Source: Octopus sinensis (lineage: Eukaryota). From it: a stretch of DNA of 64,000 nucleotides. Numbering within the stretch: the first letter of the stretch is position 1; every line of letters starts with the position of its first letter. The notes beneath the pieces are model-generated. The model had not been told where the DNA came from. It was given only the letters and a program-made list of their open reading frames with translations, and searched no databases. The DNA lies in assembly GCF_006345805.1 (NCBI RefSeq), contig NC_043011.1, positions 56,308,464 to 56,372,463 on the forward strand. The letters run 5' to 3'. Of this stretch, positions 1 through 64,000 are shown in pieces. Both the position numbers and the translations under genes were made by a program.

Positions 1-251
1 GTGTTTCACTGATACTTAATTTATTGACCCTGAAAGGATGAACAAATGCCCTTTATATAGCAGAAGGCATTTCATCTGCTGCTCCAGGAATACTGTCAAA
101 GCATTATCCAGTCGTCTCTGCCTCAAAGAATTGTTTCTAACAAAAGCTGAAGTCTTGGAATTTGGAAGAGGGGTATGCTGTAGATACTATGTCCCCCCAC
201 CCACCCCCAACATACACACGATTCAAAATGCCAAGTAGATGGGTGTCTCAC

Positions 252-55118
<54,867 letters not shown>

Positions 55119-55583
55119 CTGTAAATAAAAACTGTAAATGTTATTCAGAATTATACTTAAATTATGAATTAAGATTTATTTTTTCTTTCAAGAGCAGGAT
55201 ATTTTTTATCTTTTGTTCTTTGGAACAGATGGTTTTATAAACACTTTTGCTAAACACTTAGGTGTAAAGTGGAATTGGGACCTGCTCCTTCTTTAATTTT
55301 TTTTTCTCTCGGGTTAAGCAAACTTGAACAAGTTGAATTGGGGCCTGGCTCTTATGTTAAGATTTGAACTTATGACTATTTCATCATCATCATCATTTTT
55401 AACTTGCAACGGTCAGACGGAATTTATTGAGGCAAATTTTCTATGGCTGAATGCGCTTCTTGCCACCAACACTTACATGCTTCCAAGTTAAATAGTATTC
55501 CTCCATGACCAGAGAAGTTTCCAGAGAAAAATGGAAATGAAGGACACTGTTTGCATAATAGAGACATTTCTTTACAACTCTGG

Positions 55584-55617
<34 letters not shown>

Positions 55618-56276
55618 TGAAGGACTTCTTTCAATTTCTGTCTAACAAATCCACTCAACCCAGATGCCATGCAGTGGGATTGAACCTGAAACCATGGGGT
55701 TGGGAAGCATACTTCTTAACCACACAACCATGCAGTACTTATTAAGCGATCAATATTTTAGTCCACAGTCAAATTAAAGAAATAAAACGTTTTTTGTCCA
55801 GGTGTATATCTCACTACAATGACAGACGGTCAAAGCCTGTCCTTGTAATGTCTGGTTTTGTTTTCCCATGTCTTTAAAAAAATATCAAAATTGGGTAAAA
55901 TGTAATATTTGAAAAGCAATAACAGACAAAGAATTTCCTCAGTACAAAACAAAATCACCACCAGCATCATTCGTCATCATTTAATGTCTGTTGTCCATGC
56001 TGGCAGAACAAAAATGGAAAAGCAAAAATCTTTCAAGTTAGCAGCAAGAAAAAAAAAATGAAAACAGAAAAAATGTCCAGCTTTTGAAGAAATCTTGTAA
56101 CAACAAATGGTTTCCTGAGAAGATTGGTCATCGATTGAGGTATTTCTTCATAATCTGGCAACAGAAAGACCTCAATGAAGTTTATGGAGAGAATTAACAG
56201 AAGTTGGTGGGGATGTATTATCACAATCTAAACATATTCTTGAGGAATGTGACAGCACCGACATTAATGATAAAAA

Positions 56277-56678
56277 GGTGGTGAGCTGGCAGAAACGTTA
56301 GCACGCCAGACAAAATGCGTAGCCGTATTTCGTCTGCCGTTACGTTCTGAGTTCAAATTCCGCCGAGGTCGACTTTGCCTTTCATCCTTTCGGGGTCGAT
56401 AAATTAAGTACCAGTTACGCATTGGGGTCGATATAATCGACTTAATCTGTTTGTCCCTTCTGTGTTTAGCCCCTTGTGGGTAGTAAAGAAATAGGTACTT
56501 CGTCTGTCTTTGCGTTCTGAGTTCAAATTCCGCCGAGGTCGACTTTACCTTTCATCCTTTCAGGGTCGATAAATTAAGTACCAGTTACGCACTGGGGGTC
56601 GATGTAATTGACTTAATCCGTTTGTCTGTCCTTGTTTGTCCCTTCTGTGTTTAGCCCCTTGTGGGTAGTAAAGAAATA
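56277..56678 (+). mobile_element. Head-to-tail dimer of family-B SINE inside one TSD
   Basis: Monomer 1 56277-56493; 5'-truncated monomer 2 56495-56678; gacattaatgataa at 56260-56273 and 56679-56692. Confidence 0.88.
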
Positions 56679-59600
56679 GACATTAATGATAATAATGGTC
56701 TTTTAGCACAAGGCCAGTATTTTTAAGGGGACTCTGGTACTTGACTGATACTTTACTTGATCAATCCCAGAAGGATGAAAGGCAAAAGGATTTGAACTCA
56801 GAACATAAAGAGACAAAATAAATGCTGCTAATTATGTTGTCCAATGCACTAATTGCTTTGCAAGTTTGTTCTCTTAACGATAATTATAATAATCCTGTCA
56901 ACTATAGGCACAAGACCTGAAATTTGGGGGAAGTGGGAGGAGGGGGGGTTAGTCATGTATATCAACCCCAGTACTCAACTGGTACTTCAACTCTAAAAGA
57001 ATAGATTAAGCAGATTCCTCTTAATCTATTAATCTTATATGATATCATTTTATCTTCGTTATTAGTTGTCAGTGAGGTAAATGCATCCTGACCTAATTAA
57101 GCTTTTTTGTCAACTACTAAATATATAAAATAATCCTTAAATTCTAAAAAGCTCATTCTAAACTATAGCCATATCAGATTCCAAAGCAATCTCTACTACC
57201 ATATTCACTAAGACTTTAAGATTCCCCATCTAGAATATACTCCAAAGAAGAAGACTGTTTAATACCAACGCCAGGTCATAGTGCTAGTGCATGCATATAC
57301 AGCTGCGTGTGTGCGCACATACATGCGAGTACTGTCCAAATCTCCGACCAATCACATACAGCTAGCTGGCATTCAATTGGCGTATCAAGTTTTGGGCATT
57401 TTGATTGGGTTTTGGATAGAAAATTCACAAAAAGTCACTTCTATTGATTTTTTAATGGCTTTGCAGGGTGACTGGGGAAATGTAAAGATGTGCCCGACCA
57501 CCCTTGGACGGTTTTGAATGACCATAGAAAGTGCGAGCCCTCTAACTGAAAAATTGTGGATTTGTATAAAGGACACACACACAGACATTTTGGTGTATAT
57601 ATACAGAGAGATTCCTCAGTTCACTTCCCCCACCCGAACGGGTGAAATCTTGATCAAAGCTGCATAGGAACACCTACCCGGGATGAATATGTACTGCAAA
57701 GAAACCAACTCAAATGGTGCTTTTTACGTGCCACCAATACACACACATACACTTACACACACACACAACTATTATGAAAAAGCTTTTTGTGAAGACAATA
57801 ATACACAAAATAATTTATATAAACTAATGTCTCTTAAGATTTTTGAGATTTTGAAATAAATGGCTGAAGTTGAAATGTCTGGAAAATTTACTGAGAACAA
57901 CTTGTGTCATTGTTATTGATTTTTGTCTTTATTTGTTGCTGTTGCTGTTGTTATGTGTGCTATAGCAGCCATGACCTCTGTCGGTTGTCACAGACTATTG
58001 AGATTAATGAGGTTGGTGTCCAACACGATCACCTTGTTGGTTAATGTCTGTAGGGGAACACATGGCACGGAAAGGGGCGGTGGTGGTGGTGGTGGTGGTG
58101 AGGGTAAACAAGGTCACACACTTTTTGAAAAGGTACAGCAGTGGATTTAAATGTACTGATGTGTTTTGCTGATATTTATTTTATCAGTCTCTTTTTGATG
58201 TTCTGCTAGGTTACAGGGGACACAAACAAACCCATACTGGTTACCCAGTGGTGAGAGACAAATGTGTACACACACATAGTATGCCCCTCCAAACCCATTG
58301 CATTTTCTCAAGCCTTTCAATCCATGTGAGCATGGAAAGATGATGATGATGATAATGTGTGTGTATGTGTATGGATGAAAGCAAGAAAGGTGATAAACAA
58401 AAGTAGGCATCAAGAGTGTATTTATATGGTGGGTTGCATACAGAAATAAGTGAACAATACAATTAAGTGTTATCTTTACAGCTGTTTCGGATGAACAATG
58501 ACTGGTGCCTTAACTAGGTATATTATGTGATAACATTGTAGGTGTATCGATTAGCATGATTCTGAAAGATCTGGGGTAAAATCATGTTACCCTGATCAGA
58601 AACTCAGGCAAATAGTTTAATAGAAAACAGTATTTATAAATATAAGTTCAATAGGGAACGAAAAGAGAAAGGTTCAGTGGGGTTAAAGTGAGAGTAAGAT
58701 GAGATGGAGGGAGAAGGGTGGGGTTGATGGTCAGAAGAGTTAGTAATTAAAAGACATCAGTTAACAACATTAAAGAAAAAAAAAAGGAGGATAAAAATGG
58801 CAATGAAAACAGAGAAGTAGGTAAGATTGAAGGGAGGCCAATGTCTAATGAAGAAGAGATTAAGTGGGAGAGATTAAAAAGACAGCAATGTTGTGGGCAA
58901 TCAATAGAGAGATGCAAGCAGAACAGTGGTCAGTCATGGAGACAAAAAAATATAAAGAAATTATGAAGAAGATGCTGACAGGGTGTCAGTTGAATAAAGA
59001 ACACAGATCAATAAAATGGGGGCAGGAGATGTGTGGGGTGCTAGTAAGAAAGGGAGGAGAGGGGGGAAGATGAGAATATCTTAAGTGTGGCTAAATTTAG
59101 TGGTACAGGAGCACAGTCACTGATTCAATTACGAGCCCTCTACATGGTTGCTTGATCTGTTAGAAACAGAAGAGAAATGACACTCAGATTTGTCAAATTC
59201 ATTTTAATTAAGGGCAACATCAGATAAAATAATTCTTGAGGTTTACAGCTATTGAAGAAAAATAAATGGAGTGGTCATGTTTGGGATAAATCTGATCCAT
59301 AAGTCCACTGAAACAGGGCTGACTTGAGGCCAAACAATAACAACAACTTTGTCTTTCATTACCAAGACTCTGAGGTTAATTATAACAAATTAATTATCAG
59401 CAACATACTATGTGATTAATAATTTAATCAGTTCTGCTCCAAGCTGCAAATTTGGGGTTTCACAACAAAATTAGAAATGAATATCATTAGTTTCTTAAAA
59501 AAGGCAGTGGATCTGAAGAATTGTTGGAGCACCTGACAAAATGCCTTGTGATAGCTCTTCACATTCTGATTTCAAATCCAGCTGAACTCATCTTTGTCTT

Positions 59601-61270
59601 TCGTCTTCCTAAGGTTGATAAAGTGAAATATCAGCCAAGTACTCAAGAGGAGAGGAGATTCTAATCAACTACCCCACGGCTGGCTAATTTTCTTACATTT
59701 CAAGTTTGAATTGAATTAAGTGTAATTCAATAAACCAGCATTAACGAACATTTTAGCAAATATATGGGAAAATGTAATTACATTTATTGTGAAAATGTAA
59801 TTATGAATATTTAGATTGGAAATTAAAACATAAATTTATTTTTACAGGTATTTTTGTGACAATTTAAGAACATTAGAATAAATAAAACACTATGTAATCA
59901 GCAAAAATTAGATTTTTAATACAAAATCCAGACTTCTTTCAGAAAACAGCAATTACAGGTTTCAAAAATTTGCCTGAAGCTGTCTCTTAAGCTACAAGTT
60001 CCTCATCCCCAAATCAGCACAGAATTAACAGTATTATAGGCCCTGAGCAAAGCAATGCACAAGGGCCACTACATACACAAATGTAGCATACATGCATCAG
60101 CACTGGACCCCTAGATACATGGAGGCCTGAGTAAACACAAGCTTAATTTTCTAACCACATAGTTTCAGGTTCAGTCCCACTGTGCAGCACATTGACAAGT
60201 GTCTTCTGTTATGGCCCTGCTACACTCTTTTCACCCTACCACACTTACCTACCCACCCTCTTTTTCAGTTCCTCCATCCCTATTCACTTTGAGGGTATGT
60301 CCACACCATGTCTCTCACACTTTCCAGCTGGGAAACCATGTATTCACCTCTTCATACAGATTCCTCCTCCCGTCCTTTAATATAAGACTCCATTCAGTTT
60401 GAAGGGTGTTGCCTTGAAAGTACTCGGTGACCTCACTAGTACTGGTACTACATCCAGAATACTCTGGCCGGCATCAGGAATGACATCCAGCTAGAGAAAG
60501 TATGACCAAGGCAGAGATTGGAGCTTAGTGCAACCCACCCCTCATCCCCACCCCTCATCCCCACCCAGTTCCTCAGTTTCTATTAAACTGTCCAACCCAT
60601 GCCAGCATGGAAAATGGACACTAAACGACGATGATGATGAAGGTCATGATATATCAATGTATGTGTGTGTTAGTGTTTTGTGTGCTCAACTGCCCCAGAA
60701 ATTTGGCAAAGGAAACCCAACAGATTATGTACCAGAACTACTGGGGCTGATCTGCTTGACCAAATCGTTTAAGGCCACAGGCCAATGCGGCCACAAGTAA
60801 AATGTTAAGAAAAGGAGAAACACTGCTCAGGACAACATCCACCCACCCATCCAGCCAAGACATTAAAATTAATATCTTAAAGACAGTGCAGTGTCTGAAA
60901 TAGCACAAGAGTATTTAGTTCTATCTTTGAACGTTTGGCAGAACGACTCATTTTATTTCTTTCTTCTTAAACAGATGTGCCTGGCACATAGAGTGGTCAA
61001 GTCTGATTGATTATTATCTTGTACTTCCAAGCGTCTGGCCTTGTGCCAATGGAAATAAAAGAAATCAATAGAAGTCATCAACCTCAAAGAGATGAAAGAC
61101 GAAGACAGTCTGCAGTGGAACTCTAAATGTAGATCAGTGTTTCTCAAAAGGTGTTGCACAAAGAGCAGCTTGGTATGCAGTGTTAAAAATATACTGAATG
61201 ACTTTAGGAAATTCATGATAATGTTTCAGTGTCTTGGAAAAGTGATTCATAATTTTGGTAAATACAGAAA

Positions 61271-61930
61271 TAGATTAATAAAACAAGGTAAGTAAATTAA
61301 GGTAGATTAATGAAACAGGGATGTAAATTAAAGGTAGATTAATGAAACAGGGAAGTAAATTAAAGGTAGATTAATGAAACAGGGAAGTAAATTAAAGGTA
61401 GATTAATGAAACAGGGAAGTAAATTAAAGGTAGATTAATGAAACAGGGAAGTAAATTAAAGGTAGATTAATGAAACAGGGAAGTAAATTAAAGGTAGATT
61501 AATGAAACAGGGAAGTAAATTAAAGGTAGATCAATAAAACAAGGTAAGTTAAGGTAGATTAATAAAACAAGGTAAGTCAATTAAGGTAGATTAATAAAAC
61601 AAGGTAAATTAAGGTAGATTAATAAAACAAGGTAAGTAAATTAAGGTAGATTAATAAAACAAGGTAAGTAAATTAAAGGTAGATTGATAAAACAAGGTAA
61701 GTAAATTAAAGGTAGATTAATAAAACAGGGTAAGTTAATTAAGGTAGATTAATAAAACAAGGTAAATTAAGGTAGATTAATAAAACAAGGTAAGTAAATT
61801 AAAGGTAGATTAATAAAACAAGGTAAGTTAATTAAAGGTAGATTAATAAAACAGGGTAAGTTAATTAAAGGTAGATTAATAAAACGAGGTAAGTAAATTA
61901 AGGTAGATTAATAAAACAAGGTAAGTAAAT
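61271..61930. repeat. ~32-bp minisatellite, ~21 units, two variant blocks
   Basis: Units gtaaattaaaggtagattaatgaaacagggaa (x7) and aaattaaggtagattaataaaacaaggtaagt (~x14). Confidence 0.97.
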
Positions 61931-63289
61931 AGTTTTATCTTGTATTTTTCATTTGTTTCAGTCATAGGGCTGTGGCCATGCTGGAGCAGCCCCTCAAAAG
62001 GTTTAGTCAAACAAATCAACCCCAGCATTTATTTTTCAAACTCTGATACTTATTTTATTAGTTTCTTTTGTTGAACCAGAGTTAGGGGAATGTAAACAAA
62101 CCAACATCGTTGTCAAGTGATGGTAGAAGGACAAACACAAACATACATTCATACACATATATACAACAAGCTTCCACACAGTTTCTGTCTACCAAATTCA
62201 CGAGGTATTGGTCAGCCTAAGGCTATGGTGGAAGACACTTACCCAAAATGCCATGCAGTGGAACTGAACCCTAAACAACATCGTTGCAAAGTGAACTTGT
62301 AACATAGTGTTTTTGCTTTTTTTTAAATGTGAAAGAGATTAGACCCTACCTGGTTGGTGGGTGGGGAATGGCATGGTCAAAGACAGAATAGTTTTCATCA
62401 GAGGATTGCTTGATCAGGGCTGACACCAAAGAGGTTTAACAACAACAACTTAGAACAACGTAGAGGAACAAACCAAATATTTCAAATCACTCAACTGTTT
62501 CTGCCAAATTATCACCTTTCTCTCGTTAATATTGATTTCTTACTTTCAGAACAAGGCCATAAATTTAGCAGCAAAGGAAGAGACAAAATTTTATGACATT
62601 CATGCTCTCCCTCAGACCATTATTGGTTTAAGTGCAGTGAAATAGTTATGTCTAGAACCAGAGGTCATAAATGGTTCTTTTATTAAGACTGATTGCTTTT
62701 TTTTTACTTTCTTTCTTTTTTGCTTTGTTTTGTTTATTTTGGACAAGGCACAAAGCCAATTTTAAATAGGAATTGGTATAGTTCTTTGAGAGGTATAGCT
62801 TGAGAGATGGTTTGCCATGAACAAGCCTAATGTTTTTACGATTATTATTAATAAGAGAAAATTAAGTAACAAATTTAGAAGAAGAAATTATCTCTTTCCC
62901 ACTTTCCAAGGTGAACTGGTTTTATTCCTTCCCATTTGTCCATATTTGTTTGATTCTTAATAGCATATAATTTCACTGTTTTCCCCTTTGTTTTTGTAGA
63001 TAATGTCTGACAGGTGGCAACTAGTAAAGAGACAACAACACAAAAAACAAAAAACAAAAGAAAATGGCCCCTATTTGTTAGGCTGAAGTCTAGTGCCTGA
63101 CCTTTCAAGTAGCTATTATCACAGACACAATGAAGGCATTAATCTTTTCATTTCTCTTTAAATGTAATTATAGAAAATTAGTTAATTAGCCATCTTGTCG
63201 TATCCATTATGAAGATTGGATTATTAAAAGTTCAACATCTGCAGTATTTTTGTTGTATTACAGGGGCGAGTTAATATTGAAAAGCCAAA

Positions 63290-63800
63290 TCGATCAGAGC
63301 TATGAAGAAGATAAGAAGGTAAATGGGGTAAAACCAGATCAAATGTTGAAGGAATTAAGAGATTAAACTAGACTGTCTTATGTATATATCTAAAGAAGAA
63401 TCACCAATGTTTCTACGAGCACAATGGAAAAAAAATCAATGAGAAAATCAATCAAAAGTTTTGTCATGTAGCACAGCCTTTACAGACATGGCTATTCTTC
63501 TTGTTAAGTGTTTCCTTAATGAATATCTAAATGTGTTTCCAGGTATTTAATTAGAGGCAAATAAAACCTATTAATATATTTCAGTGAAATCAAACAATCA
63601 GAAAACTATGTAAATACAATTAGGACTCTGTCTGGGAGTGCACAGAAGTGAGTCTGTTTTTAAGTGTGAATATGCAAATAGCAGAAACGCAAGTGTGCAG
63701 CGTTCCTTTCTTAAGACCAATGTAACGAGTGACACAAGTTTAACAAAGTGGAAAACAACGAATCACAAGACATTACAAGATTAATTGTTGATTTCTGTTG
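63290..63800 (+). mobile_element. Highly decayed LINE RT fragment (RTE-like)
   Basis: AMKK(D)KKVNGVKPDQMLKEL and a weak IDLEKA.D.VP-like stretch; many stops. Confidence 0.3.
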
Positions 63801-64000
63801 ACAGCTTTCAAAAATGGCTATACAGAATCAAATCAACCCTGCTTTATTACAGGTACTCATTTTATTAATTAGAATGACTGAAAAGCCCAGAAAGAAAAAG
63901 AGAAAGAAATTTTAACTCAGATCCACAGAAAGATGAAACTTATTATGATGCTTTTAGTCTACCATACTACATTGTCTACTACCTTATTAGTATACCTATT

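Noticed and set aside
60975-61200. Strong plus-strand acceptor (ttctttcttcttaaacag) suggesting a nested antisense exon
   Set aside because: All three frames hit stops before a good donor; the sequence loosely resembles a decayed RTE ORF end.
61271-61930. CRISPR-like regularly spaced ~32-bp repeats
   Set aside because: Units are contiguous with no unique spacers, the context is eukaryotic, and there are no cas genes; it is a minisatellite.
62875-63108. Minus-strand ORF with KGKT as the missing P-loop exon
   Set aside because: No Gly four residues upstream (not GxxxxGK), no donor, and the frame ends in a stop.

Overview
Animal genomic DNA that is AT-rich and saturated with microsatellites and SINEs. 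The repeat landscape looks like an octopod cephalopod (inference). The whole window is the interior of one minus-strand gene. I reconstructed 17 coding exons between 55118 and 252 (2638 nt, about 880 aa), all with GT-AG boundaries and compatible phases, and most absent from or misframed in the ORF track. They encode a ROCO protein: Roc GTPase (ESTDG switch I, DFAGQ G3, atypical GTHRN G4, about 145-aa insertion), COR, a Cys/His-rich segment, a Death domain and the first half of a TIR_2-type TIR domain. The P-loop/N-terminal exons and the end of the TIR lie outside the window or were not found. The introns hold decayed Ty3/Gypsy, Penelope-like and RTE retroelements, two R4/Dong-like LINEs sitting in (TAA)n arrays, at least four tRNA-headed SINE families, TTAA-flanked and long-TIR MITEs, a 1-kb (TG)n/ATGCA satellite, a 400-bp purine tract and a 32-bp minisatellite. 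There is no CRISPR array, rRNA or true tRNA gene. Best leads: the Roc-COR-Death-TIR architecture; a SINE with a twin-priming-type 5' inversion and a 9-bp TSD; a fixed-end non-coding element confined to TAA arrays; a hammerhead-core remnant.
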